The notes: generated by a model from the sequence alone, not told the origin. Shown: positions 28,275 through 43,324, counted from the first letter of the whole stretch. The stretch: DNA of 63,974 bases, filler included, from Dirinaria sp. TL-2023a (GCA_051941275.1; 3 parts of 3 records of this genome joined end to end with filler, not necessarily neighbours in it); one strand, 5' to 3'. Made by a program: numbers and translations.

Positions 28275-31200
28275 ATGAGTGGAGAATTATTTCAGGACGG
28301 CCTATCGCTTCAATCTCGAAAACGACCCTCTCCGGCGCTTATGTTGGAGGCCCATGACGACTCTTCAGAGACTCTGGTCTGTCGGCCTCAAGCCACGAAA
28401 CTTCAAAAGCTGTCACATGATTTCGAGAGTAGGCCTGTGCTAGAATTCAGCAACCATCTCTCCGAAGATTGGAATGTAGCTCCACGTTTCGACTGTAATT
28501 CCATGAGATTCTGTATTGCTATGGTCCTTTGACCTGACTTTCCTTCGAACTAGTGCCGCCCGAAATTACCGGCAGAGCGATACCCAATGATGGATATGAT
28601 TTAAGGTCGCCTTATCACAGTTCGAGTTCGGGCTTGAGCCCGCACTCTCAGGCAGAAATAGCTTCCCAGAATAGTAAGTACAAGAGCACGCCGCGCTAAA
28701 GTTATCCAACTTAATTCAAGTATTACAGACATTCGTTTTTTGGAAAATGATAGCCCGAATCCGTATTCTGGAGGGGAGCATGAACACCTTACTTGCTTCG
28801 GCATGGTACGGGAAGTATCATATTTTCAAGAGATATATCGTTTTAATTACTACTAGGTTGAGGATAATTTTCCAAATGTCAGGCTCGACGCCTTGGGAGA
28901 CAATGGAGCCCGTATTGATATTACTCTGAAGATCTCTGGTAGATCGGTTACAGTGCGTCACTGTGAGTCTATGGCATACGCAGGGCTACTAAGCAAAAAC
29001 CTTGCCAATTCACTTATCGAGATTTCTAATCAAAGCTCGGTAACACTCGATGGATTCATACTGAAACCAGCAAAAGGCGAGCGCGTTCAGCAAGCACGCA
29101 ATTCTTACCGACTTTGTATAACGATCTCTGGAATGCAGAAGGCTAGTGGGTATGTTGGTAAGGTACTTGATGCAGCTGGCATCTACCTGCAACATCCGCA
29201 CTTTCATGATCCTAATGTACCCTATTTCAATCCACACTACCTTGTTCGATCAGGAGGGACCCACCCATTGCCAACTTCTGAGATGCAAGTCAATACCCGG
29301 ATCCCGCCTCGAATAAAGCTTTCTTCGGATGAACGATTGAAGGGCGATTTATTGAAAGTTATCAACAGCTCCGCGAAAGGACCCTTGGAATATTCTGCAG
29401 TCTCACCGGGTCCATTACTGCGGACTGCTTTAAAACCGTAAGTAGTCCTTGGCGATTGAAAAGTCCAATGTCCGTAATTAGCATATAGCCACCAAGTCAT
29501 GGCGCTGTCAATGATGGTTGAAAAGGAGAGCGGCAAAATCGAAAGCAACAATTTTAAAAATATATGGAGCAAAGTCCGGCAACGCAATTGCAGCGTGAGG
29601 TATGACTCGCTTGATATTCCTATGATGTTCTTCTGGAAAAGGCTCACCACTGCTTGAGCATAGGTATAAAAATGTAGTCACAGGTTCGATACAAGCTGAT
29701 GTACCGATGCTGTGCCTTGGCGGACTGCTCGCCGATGTTTGTTGAGGCTTCTGGATCTTCTGTTTGGCGTTTAGCGAGCTTACGTACGCGAAGGATATGG
29801 GTTTGGGCAAAACAATAACGATGCTAGCCTTGATCACAAGGTCTTTCGATACTCCATCTCACCTCTCGCCGCCCTCTTCCGAAAAGGTCAGATGTGGACC
29901 AACGCTAATCGTAATGCCGCTATCGCGTGAGTTCGTAAGCCAAGTGCGAAGACTCAAACTTTGTTAACCCCTTTCAGTCCTCGGAGCTTGGGATGAGCAG
30001 ATCCGAATGTAAACTATCTCAGCTTTGGATCTCGTCATACGCTTCTATTTCAAACGCTGAGTCTAGAGCAGACACCTCTATCCGCATAAAATCAAGTGGC
30101 ACATCTACCATGGCAATCAAAGGCGAAAGAAAGATGCCAAGGTGATGGATTCTGACATAGTGCTGACTACCTATGATACGGCTGTTGCGGATGAGTCGAC
30201 AAATTCAAGAGGCTCAAGCGGCAAAGGTATACTTCACGCATGCGAATGGCACCGCGTTGTGCTGGACGAGGGTAAGCGAGACAAGAGAAGAATCCTCTTT
30301 GTGCATTGTTTGGCTAAGCCGTCAACTCAGCCCACCTCATTCGCAACGCCGCCTCAAGCCGTCATCGAGCCCTGCTGACTATAAAAGCTTAGCACCGTTG
30401 GTGCTTAACTGGAACGCCCATTTTCAATCAAGTCGAAGACTTGAGTGCTTTGCTAACCTTCTTGAAAGCTTATCCTTTCGACTCCATATCTTATTTCAAT
30501 TGGCATATTTCGGCACCACTGAGAACGAATCGGGCAAAGGCTCTCTTGGTTCTGAGGAAACTCTTCCAATGCGTAGCCTTGAGAAGGACCAAAGATACTA
30601 TCATCAGTGAACTTCAATTAACAGCACGTTCTGACATGATACAAGAAGTGCGACTCAACCACAATGAACGCAGACTACATGATGTTCTTAAAAGCAGTCT
30701 TTCTTACATTTTCCGCTCACTTTCCCCGGATGTTGACAAGACTAGTTCCGGTAGCAATGTTCTACAGACAATTACAAGATTGAGGCAATTCTGTAACCAC
30801 GGTCTGGACATGCTACCGCGCAATATACAGCTTTTGCTGGAAGGTTTAGTTGACCAAGAACAGGTGACTAGAGCACTGATCACAGGACCAAGAACATGCG
30901 ACAGCTGTGGTGTACAATCATCCGTCGAGGATCTTAGCAGGATCGCTTTCAGAGCCCTTGGTTGCGGGCATAATCTCTGTTCGCCGTGCATGCAAGACGA
31001 ACGCCATTCAATTCCATCTTGTCCCCTTTGCTCTGGTTTAGAAGAGCCACATACCTTTTCTAGCAACGCTCAAGATCTCAGCAGATACCAACCGTCTTCG
31101 AAAGTCTTAGCATTGCTTAAGAATTTGTCAGCCGAGCAGAAGGTCTATCCGCCTATCAAGAGGTATGAAAGTCGTGCTTTGAGATGTTTCGCTGTCGCAT

Positions 31201-31837
31201 GACTGAGTTTCATAGCATCATTTTCTCCTCATGGACCAAAATGCTTGATCTTGTCCAAGTAGCTCTGAATAGAAGCGGCTTCAAGTCTCAGAGGGTCGAC
31301 GGTAGTCGGACGAGTGAGCAAAGGAAATTTTCACTCGAGGCCTTTCGAGATGACCACCAATATACCATTCTACTTGCTTCTATTGGATCTACTGGGACCG
31401 GGTAATTTACCATCTGCCCTTGCATCTTTCAGATCACCATCAGTCAAGAGCTCCAGTGACTAACATTGTTAGATTGGATCTGACGGCAGCATCCCGCGTC
31501 CATCTCCTCGAGCCGCAATGGAGTCCGATGGCAGAGCAGCAAGCACTTGACCGAGTCCACAGAATGGGGCAGAAGCACGAAGTTATCGCTACTCGCTACA
31601 TCGTCAAAGACTCTATTGAAGAGGTAACGATTCTTGTCCAATCTCTAGTACTTGTTTGACGCGAACAGCATGTGTTGCTCGTACAAAGAAACAAGGCTAA
31701 GATAATTACGCAAACCATGGATGCTAACGAGTCTCTTTGTGCAATGTCACTCAAGGACTGCTTAATGAAGGTGGGATCCCAAAGCCCTGAACTAGTCACG
31801 TTGACACGGCTTCGAGCAGCATCTCGACGAGGCTTGA
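28275..31837 (+). pseudogene. SNF2 family helicase with RING finger (Rad5/Rad16-like), in-frame TAG at 30390-30392
   Basis: GGLLAD/DMGLGKT, VVLDE-AH, KA*HRWCLTGTP, RLRQFCNHG, RING CDSC...CGHNLCSPC...CPLC, IFSSWTKMLDL, LEPQWSPMAEQQALDRVHRMGQ. Gene ends are approximate. Confidence 0.8.
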
Positions 31838-32697
31838 ATTCGATTATACCTTCTAATTTGAATTGCAATATCAATAGACCATGATACTTTAGATGAACTA
31901 CACAACGCAAACATCTTCATACTGGATCATCCTCACAGGACTTTCGGAGCAGCATGCCGCCCCCAATGTGTGAAGATGTTGACAATCAAACGCACTCTAT
32001 AAGCCTTTGAGCTTATTTCAGAATCCATCTGGATATTCTTCTTCTTCAAGATATATGACCATGATTTCAAGCACAGCAATCAGCAATGCAAGTCGCTGAC
32101 ACATTGTTTTGCAGGCCTGAATTGCCACATAGAAATCACCATAATCGCTCTGGCGCCGAAAAGACCTAAAACATAGAATCATATAAAACTACAAGCACCA
32201 CACCGCCCTCCGCATTACTTATTTTCATCTATTAATGCCTCCATCTAAATGTATATATATATATATATTTGACATCTTTAACTTTCAACGTTTTGCCTAT
32301 TTGACGTTGGCACCTTTGTGGTGAATCAGTCCCTCGTCACTTCGTTAAACCGTATTTGCTTGAAACTCGCACCCCGTCACAGCAGAGGAATGGACAGAAT
32401 TGAATCCAAGGCATCAAAGGGGTCGGATGCATTTCCAGGTAACAATGAGTAGTGGTGGCAATGAAACCCATATTCATAAAGAACTAGCCCCCAAGCATCG
32501 AAACGACTTCTGCTCTAAGACGTTGCATTTTATAACCTTGACTACACGCTAGCCACGTTATAGATGCCTTAACACAAACGTGCTGCACACTACGTCTGTC
32601 CGAGGAATCAAGAAATTCCGCAAAGAACTTGAATTTGCATTTTCACGCGTTATTCATATGTTTGATCCGAGATTTTCCTGAGTTGTCCTCCTCCACC

Positions 32698-35600
32698 TTA
32701 TTGAGATCCTGTCTCCAGAGATGCGGCGTACTTTTTGCGGGACTCCTCAGCCAATTGTTCCCATGATATCCCGAACCATTTTGATATATCCCGCGGCCCA
32801 GGTCGATCTTTGATAAGTTTTGATCGTGCGGTTATAACATGAGGATCAGCACCTGATTCGAGCAGAAATTTCATATATTCAGCAGCCTGTCTACTTTGCT
32901 TCTTCGAAGCATGGGACAATGACGTATTGCTAGTTCCACTTGGTGCTCGAGTGTTGACTTTCACACCATTGTGAAGCAGATATTCCGCGATAGCGATAGA
33001 ACAACCTCGTTCTCCATTTAACATGAGACATCTGTCAAAAGCGTCTTTTTCAGTAGTCCAATCACGCAATAGGCCCAGGCATCGTATGATCCTCTCCTCC
33101 TCGGATGGTTGCATTTCCTTAGTAATCATGCAACAGAGATCCTTCTTCGAGGCCATACCTTTTACCGGCTCTTGCTTGGCAGCCTCATATGGTAACAGGA
33201 CTTCGATCATCTCTGGCAATGTGATCATTATTGCATGGTAAATGCATCGGTATCCGTCAAGTTTAGAGTCGACCGAAGCCCCGCGATCCAGTAAAATGCG
33301 TGTTGCTTCAAGATTGTCAAAGCGGACAGCTCACGGAAGAACGCCCCAGACGTTGATCTGTTCGCGATCGCATTCTTGAAGCAGCAGCTCCAGCATTGCA
33401 AGTGAGGATGATTTCACCGCCTCGAAGAGTAATGCTTTGCGAAATCTTGGCACATCGTCACGGACAAAATCCAAATCGTTTGCCTTTACGGCGTCGAGAA
33501 GGACGAGCTCCAATTCATCGTCTTCGTAACTCTCGGTCCGAGCAGCCATAAAGCCTTCAGTTGGCTTCTCATGGTATCGTAAGTGGGCAGTCAGGCGTGC
33601 CTGAGAGCCAAATCCCATCTGTGCAAAATCGCAGTTTGGCCTGTCGCATTTATACGGCCGATTATGCGATCGTAGGTGCCTATCTCTTTCTGGCTTCGAC
33701 TCAAAACCAGTCCTAAACAATGGACATCCAAGGCGATTGCATTTGAACAATCGCGATCCATATTGGCGCTTCATAGCAGCGTGGTTGCTTGGTGATGAAC
33801 AGAGGATTTCCTCGAAAAGTACATGGACACGCCATTGAGTCGTTGAGATTGTGAGAGGGTCTTCATTCACCCACGATTCTCCTGAACCAAGTCTCCTCAG
33901 CGTTGCAATCTTTTAGACCGCGAAGCAGACTTACCGTCATCGAGCGAGTATTCCCTCCATCGTTTTCTCAGAAAGGAGTTGACATGCAGCAACGCTTCGT
34001 ACACCTCTGGCGCTTCCTCCTCAAACCTTTTGAGACTAACTACTGGAGCGGGGTCACTGCATGAGCCTTCACATGTCTCATTTTCCCGAAGGTTTATGGT
34101 ATTCTCTACGATATGGGCCAGGTCTTCGAGGTAGCCGCTCTTCGTATGACTCACTGAGACTCTCGGAAGGTGCTCCAGCCAGTACGAAGCAGCATAGTCC
34201 AGCAAAACATATGCGCCTCGCAAAATACCTTCTTTTATAGCTTCATCAGAAAGCTCAATGTTGCAACAGTCACTAGACAAGTATTTTAAACACGTGCTTG
34301 CGACAGCCGAATTAGCCTCGGAATCCTTGAGATACTGAAGGCTCTGGGAGCTGAACAGATACCTGGGTTTTATCAATAAGGCACAAAGTGGTTTTATAAG
34401 GAAGAGCTCACTCTTTTGCCGAGAAATGAACGAAAAATACATAGTCGTCGATAACCTCAAGAATAGGACCGCAAGATCGCACGACATCCAGAAGAAGACC
34501 TTTTGAGCCGCGGAATGGGTCTTTACCGCGAGCCACCGAAAGGGCAGTCTGGATCTCGTTCCGACTCATGGGAACAATGGAGCAGCTGACCCACTGAAGG
34601 ATCGCCCTAGCTCGCTCTTGTTCCAATGTGCTTGTGTCTTGACTAATCCGCTTAAGAATCCGATCGTATCTTGCCTGTGTTTCAATAAAGAATCTCTTAA
34701 GCTGTGGCGCTGAACTTACGCTTCGTTCAGACCATCCGGAAGATTTGTGATCTCTTCCTCGATATCACCCGGATCGCTAAGGCGGCCGAGACTATCGCAC
34801 ACAAGTCTGGCATACAAGAACATTCCTTTCAAATGGTTAGCCAGTAGTATATCATGCACCTCGGTCAGTGTATATTGCACCTTTCGACTTCGGAGCAATT
34901 TTTTTAGTAAGCATTCGAAGTTCAGAGGTATATTCAGCATCCCAATCGAGTTTCGGAAGCCAATTGTTGACTCGATGATCAATATAGTCTGATATATCCT
35001 GCGAATTGTGCTTATGAACTTGGATCCCTTTATATTGGGATCCTAGGAAATATCCGATATCGTGCTCCGCTCTAGCACTAATCAGTAGCTTCACATTTGG
35101 ACACTTTTGCAGTTTCATTAACGATATCAAAAGCAAAGGACGTTCTTTCTCCGCTACCTCATCCACGCCGTCGACGACAAAGTAACTATCCGGAAAGTAT
35201 TTCAGCAGATCTATCAAAAGATCTCCGACGAAGTCCGAAGAGCTTGTGAGCTTACGATGGCTATTTTCGTACGCATGGAGAAGTGCCGGACGCAGTGCTT
35301 TGTTATCAAGTACGAGCTGAAAGAGAAATGAATGAAGAACCCTTAACGTAGGGTTATCGTCACGTGAGTGGTAACTAAGAAATGCAAAGGCGACGGCAGA
35401 CAAATCGCTTCTGCTCTGAAGTTTGTCGATGATAATGGTTGATAGGAAACTTTTGCCTTGATTAAGTCAGTCAAAATTTGTGGACGATACAACATCCTGA
35501 GCCATACCTGCACCAGGAATTCCCATGAGCCAGAGGACCCTTGCGGATTGATTCGACGGATCTTGCCATTCCGAGAAATCCTGATCTTGCTCTAGCCATT

Positions 35601-36555
35601 TACCTGCTTGCATGAAGCAGCGCTGTTTAATTCGCTCAAGCTGAGTATCGTATAACTTTGGAGAAACCGAATTCATGATATTTTGAAATTCCATGCGTTC
35701 TTCATGTTCCTGATCCCTTTCGAATCTTTCCTGAGCAGAGACTCGAGCAGCGTAAGCGTCTGAAATATGCGCCAATGTGACTTCACTATCCATCATGATT
35801 CGGTGTTGCGCTATGTTCTTCAGAATTATCTGGAATTTGCTCGAGTACTTGGGCCAGAATGACTCGAAGAGGACTCTCCAGTCTGTGTCAGCGGTTTAGT
35901 AGTCTTCTGACAGGATCAGTAAATGGTCTGCATACGCTTCCTTCTGAAAAAGTTGAGTGCAATCAAGTGAAAGTCCAAGATATCTCTGAAGAAAAGTCCA
36001 AGAAGGCGTTGGATAGCTTCGTTCCCATCAAACAAGAGTGCATAGGCTTTGAAATGCGGCAGTGCAGCTCCAAACTCGGCCATAGCATCTAGGACTTTCG
36101 TGAAGCTTTTCATATACGTGCTAGATACCTAATTCTACGCATGAATAAAAAAAATCATACACCCTAACTTGGAATAGCACTGACTATGAGAAGCAGTTTA
36201 ATCGGAGCCTTCTTCCGTCAGTTATGATCTTAACGACACAAGGGCCAGAACCCATAGAAACCCGTACCCAGATCAACGACAAAATTTCCTGCTTAACCTA
36301 TACGACCGTATCCACAACGCTGGCGTATTGATGCAAGCATTCAAGATAAGGCTGTATCTTGGCCATATTCTGCAGTACCCGCGACTCTGCTTGCTTCTTC
36401 TGAATTACTTCTGCGGCGTCATAGACATCGTCGATCGAAGCGAGTTGCGAGACCTTTTGAGCATAGTCGTCATCGCGAAAGTCATGGAGGAATTCCTGGC
36501 GCGCCGTTTCAAAGGCTGTGATTAAGGGAGAAGGAACAGGAGCTGTCGCCGCCAT
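32698..36555 (-). pseudogene. NLR-like STAND protein: N-terminal helical domain, NACHT, two C2H2 zinc fingers, ankyrin repeats; two premature stops
   Basis: LWLMGIPGAG-K Walker A, FVVDGVDE Walker B, GMFLYARLV, FVHFSAKE, CNRLGC..H..H/CDRPNC..H..H, ankyrin-like LLDRGA/LLHNGV/LLESGAD. TAG at 36298-36300 and TGA at 33331-33333 are in frame. Confidence 0.82.
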
Positions 36556-37400
36556 GACTTTATGAGCGATCAGATCCCAGATGTGTAATAGATAACTATA
36601 TACGTATCAAATCGGCGTCGGATATGGATGACCTAAAGCACTAGAAAATAATGAATATAATGCAAAAAAAAGAGGCTGAAGTACCGTTGATTAGGCTGAA
36701 GAGGCTCTCGGGATCATATTGATAGAAAAATATAGGGTCAATATAGGGTTTGAAAGGTTCCGATATCAGCTAAGAATCACTGGTCAAAGACAACACCCAC
36801 AATCTTCAAAAACTTACAAGTACACATGCTTTACAAAATAAGGTCATGATAGGATCAATTCGACATATTGACTAGCTGCCTTTTTGGATACAGTACCTTG
36901 ATCAACAAATGCTCTGCGCAGTATGTCAAGACCGTTTAAAAACCCTCTTTGAGGCCATTAAAGTACATTTCGCCGTGGAAGTACTCATCTCGATCAAGTC
37001 ATATTGCAAATCCAAAACTTTAATATAGCAGCACATCCAAGGTCGCAATCGATGTTGTAACGACTTTGTATTACAACTATAGATGCACCGACGCTATGGG
37101 AAGCCTCAACCGCGATCACAAGACGCGGGATAGCAAACTCAGTAATGTAGAATTTTCAGCTGCAGTCTAGAATTTTAGAGGAAACGTCTCCGCTGACAGA
37201 GATTTACTTGCCTGATATTCTTCCGATGCAATATTCCAGTCATACTCCTCCGCAACTGAATCTGCCCCATTTCCCTACGATCTTCAGCTTGGTGCGAGGC
37301 CATAGGTACCCCCGAGATCAGCACATTTGCCATTATCAGCGGTACATTCTGTGGCTCACACAAGCTCCGGTGTCTGCGTGTTTGAATTCGCATCATTATC

Positions 37401-39082
37401 ATGAGCAGCCCAGTTCTCGCGGCGAGCCCGCTTCGCACTCACAGACTTTCAGAAATGCTCCACGAGCAAGGCCTAGAGATCGTGAACGAGGATACTGTTC
37501 GATGGAAAAAAGACTGCGTCAAACACGCCAGGGATTGGCCGGTGAAGGAAGAAGTGGTTACCGCAGCTGTGGTAATATTCCTAGACCATATGCACTCAAC
37601 CCGAAAGCAGCGCTTTGTCTTAACACTCACATACTACAAAACTGCAGCCGGAACAGTAGGGGTAGGTTTCATGGGTTTGTATCCATAGCTCAAAACAATT
37701 CTTGACTTATGTGGGGTAGACTTCTGCAGCCGAACTTGCTAGCAGGGAATATAAAACCACGAGGACCGTGGCACTGCTTGCATTAAGATCATCGTAAGTA
37801 GCCAGCCACATACAAAGAGGGGAAATATGACATTAAGGAACTCTTTGCCAAGGTACTTCCTCGGGCAAGCCGTCGGAGGCGTTTGCTTCCCGCCATACTC
37901 GGAATCATTTGGCAGGAAACCCTTGTACGTCGTGTCGATGTCACTCTTTTTACTATTCAGCATTCCAGTTGGCGTCGCTCACTCCATCGCCGCTTGGAGG
38001 ATATGTTTGATGCAAAGACTCGGCTGTGGCTTTTCTCGGTCTGGCTTGTCCTAGCTAATCTCTCTCTTGTTGTTGGTCCGATATTCGCTGCATATGTGAC
38101 TGCTTCCATTGGATGGTACGGATGATTCCTCCATTTTCTTAATTGAAAAAACTAATCGATATCCAGGCGATGGGTCTTCCAGATCCTTACCATTACTGCT
38201 GCAGCATCTTTCATTCTTCTACTAGCAACATCAGAGACCCGCGCAACATATCTTCTTAAGCGAAGAGTCAAAGTCATGGAGAAAACCGCAGGCGGCTTTC
38301 CACTGAGAATCGAGAATCCCGACCATATTCCGGACTTACCAACCTTCATCAGACTCATTTTGCGGCCCTTGCGCTTGTTGCTCACCAAGCCCATCGTCAT
38401 CATGGTTTCCGTCATCAGCGGCGTAGCTTTCGCCTTAGTCTATCTCTTCATTGAAGTGCTACCTGTCGTCTATCACTCATTTGGCTTCACCGCGCAGCAA
38501 AGCACCCTGATTCTCTTAGCTCTTGGCTTAGGTTTCCTTTGCACCATCTTCACCCGGATCCTCGATTACCGATTTTCCAAACAGCAAGAGCTTGCAAGCG
38601 AGCCACCGGGTCCCGAAGCCAAGCTGACAGGCTTCCTCATCGCCGCACCTGCCTTCGCGATCGGCCTATGGTGGTTTGCCTGGACCGTTCCTCCCAATGT
38701 GCATAGTATCCCGTGGATTGCGTCGGCGCTCAGCCTGATACCGATCGGTTTCGCGATCAACGAATTCGACTGCGTCCTTGTAGGCTATCTGACCAACAGC
38801 TACACAACCTTTGCCTCGTCGGCTTTTGCGGCTTTTGCGATGCTGCGGTCAGCGTTGTCGGCCACTTTCCCGCTTTTCGCACATGGGATGTACGAGAAGC
38901 TGGGGGCGAATTATGCAACTACAGTGTTGGCGGTCTTGGCAACGATGGCGTGCGTGTGTCCTTGGGTCTTGATACGGTATGGGAGACGGATACGAGAGGC
39001 GAGTAGATTTGCGGAGTATAGCGCTGCTGTGAACGAGGGGACACGAACTGGGGCAGTGGAGTTGGGAAATGTGAGGATTTAG
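37401..39082 (+). pseudogene. MFS multidrug transporter (DHA1-like), probably inactivated
   Basis: FPPYSESFGRKPLY motif and an intact C-terminal half (38276-39082). Frame change near 37993 between HSIAA and LEDMFD; no clear donor after the first exon. Confidence 0.7.
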
Positions 39083-40200
39083 ACCGTTTGTTGTGTCGGC
39101 GATGTTGCATTCTCAATGACGAAGAATTGATGGTCGTTTCTGTGCTGCAGGTAGGCTTAAATTGGCGGAAGCGTTACATGAGAGATCTATCTCAACAAGT
39201 AAAAACTTGCTTTCAAAGTGTCCCTGCTTCTGTTTCGGACGACAGATGAGCACCGAGTCGCTAGGCTTATCTGCTTTCCCCAAGTGAATAGCACTATCTC
39301 GGAAGATAATTCTGTTGAGAGCGACTGATATAGATCAGGGCATCTCAATCCGACCCTGACCCGTGGAACAGACATACCAATACCATATCCACAGCGTCTG
39401 GCGGCTCAGTAATCTGCATTCTACCACGATCTTCATGTGCTCAGAAATCGTGACTACTTTTTTAATTTATGATACCTTCGTTAATCATTGAGACAAACTC
39501 AAAGTCGGTCCATACACGAAAGTTATTAGCCGGACCTTTTTTAGCTATTGATATGGAGCAGGAGGTCTGTGACTGGGGTATATATCTCATCATGAACTTC
39601 TTTGAAGTCGTAGAGAGTACTCCGAAGAATTTCAGACCTCAAGCTTGAGAGAGACAATGTTATGCAGCTTCTTCGTCTCGCGATGAGGCTCTTGTAAGTG
39701 CTTAATGTCAATGCGTTTATGCTTTAAATTAGTAGACACTCGGTATGGCTCAAATTTTATACAGAGGCGAGCAGTGGAGCTCTTTCTCGTATTGTTTGAG
39801 GACGTTCCACAAACGCTTTATCGAATTCAAGAGATAATTGATTGTCTGCGCCGATGGCTATGTAGATTATCAAGGTAACCTAAGGGATCGTATCTTGTGT
39901 GGTGATGGACCGCCAACGAGACTCTTTTTTTCTTAGCTTGTCCTCAATTTTATAGCGCGCAGAAGCTTTCGTGCTCCATGCAGTGCCGAGCTGACCAGGA
40001 GTTAGCTTTTGCACGAATGAAGATAGGAGAGCAACTGCATTCTGGCAGAACAAAGCAGATGCTGCTATCTCTGAGAATAGGTTGAAAGCACGCTCTCCCA
40101 ATACCCAGCCAACCCAAAACTTTACCCCTTCGCACGTATTCCCTCAGCCCCACCGCCGTCCTATCTCTTTGAAATTTCCAACTGTGTATCACTGGAGGTG

Positions 40201-40709
40201 TTATTCGCCGCCGGGAAGTGGCCAGCTACGATGCCTCAGAAGACAAATGTCAGGACATGCCACGCTACGAAGATTCTTCTTCTGCGTACTTTGGTCCACG
40301 TTGTCAGGATCCTCGGACTTTAAGTCCCCAAATGTCCCATTTTCGTACATGTGAGCTGAGTGGCTGATCAGGCCTCTAGTAATCATGTAAACAGTCCAGT
40401 GCCAGATATCTTTGTCATATTCTCGATTTCCGGGATGCTCATTACCGCTAAGAAAAACGAAATGAGCATAGTGTGTGTGGGTGAAGCAGTGGATGACTAG
40501 GGTTGAAAGACTCACCGGACGACTATACCGTGTATCCCCTTCGCCTTTAACTCTTCCTCGCGACTCGCAATGGCCTCTCGTACTACCTTGTCACCCTTGC
40601 TAGTACGGTGTATCTTGTCCTTCCAGATGATTCGATACATTCCGTAATCCCAAACAGCTTGGGCATAATGTGCGGTAGTCGTGGCAAATTGACGAATTGT
40701 TTGAGCCAT
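40201..40709 (-). CDS. Hypothetical two-exon protein (~146 aa), intron 40448-40515
   Basis: GTGAGT...TTCTTAG intron joins ORF 40512-41048 (from MAQTIRQF) in phase with ORF 40201-40515. Confidence 0.55.
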
Positions 40710-40978
40710 GGAAGTTTGCAGGGTTGCAGCGTTGCAAGATTGGCTGTGGATGTTAGTAGCTGATGTAGTTAGAGGAGAACTGGGACTGAATCGGGAAAGA
40801 TTGCAAGATGTGAGAGAAAAAGGAGAATTCGAGGAGAGACATGTGAAATCGGAGAAGGCATGGGTAGGAGCATCACCTGAGCCCCGTGCATGTGGATAGT
40901 GGAGATTCAACTCTTTGTTCATCACTGGTTGCGACAGCAGTGGGGCGCTTTGAGTAGAGTTGCGTCTAGATATTAGAT

Positions 40979-42423
<1,445 letters not shown>

Positions 42424-43187
42424 TCACAGAAACCGATAGTCGAGCGGTTGCCAAATTAGGTCGATGACCCTCATGCCGGGTAACCCTGTGGTGCGTCAAC
42501 TAATGTATGGTTTCTTTTCAAGTGAAAGTGGAATCAACAAAAGTTTACTAGCAAGAAACCTGGACTGTATGTATTGAATGCCAGATTTGTAGTTCTTCTA
42601 CCTGGCGCTATCGAGGATATATGTACATGTACATGTACAATGGAACCAGCGAAACTACCTTCGTGATTACCTTATTGAAGATTTTGATAGAGGACCCTGA
42701 TTAAGCCCTAAAAGCGTCTACTTGCACCGAAAAGAACTCCCCACTTATGGTCTTTTGCTGTAGCCGCTACAGCTCAAAAGGATCGAGAAATGTCAGGCCA
42801 GTACCACTCCTGTTTCTTCTACGAACTGTCAAGAGCCTCGGAACTTATTACGCGGTTGGCAAGGCCAAGGGAAGTACTGTAGGCTCAATGAGAAGGGCTC
42901 GCCTAACCGACAGCAAAGGATTTGGGCTATGATGGTAAGATGTGATAGATCATAGTAAGTGGTGGTGAACGCGATCGCATACCGAGCTAATGCTGTAGTT
43001 GCCAATCTATCATCGTTTATAGAATCCTTGAGCTCATATGCCGCGGTCACAAAACTGCTTTACGACAAATAATGCAGGACGAGAGGAGCTGGGACTTGAG
43101 CGTCATATGTTGGTGGTAAAATCTCACTGATCTAGCAGAGCATATCATTTTAGTAACGATATGTGGTCTTCCTTACAATTCTCCCCC

Positions 43188-43287
43188 NNNNNNNNNNNNN
43201 NNNNNNNNNNNNNNNNNNNNNNNNNNNNNNNTTAATTAATTAANNNNNNNNNNNNNNNNNNNNNNNNNNNNNNNNNNNNNNNNNNNN
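43188..43287. other. Artificial contig linker / assembly gap, followed by poly-A run
   Basis: N44 + TTAATTAATTAA + N44; A-tract at ~43292-43323. Confidence 0.95.
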
Positions 43288-43290
43288 AAA

Positions 43291-43324
<34 letters not shown>

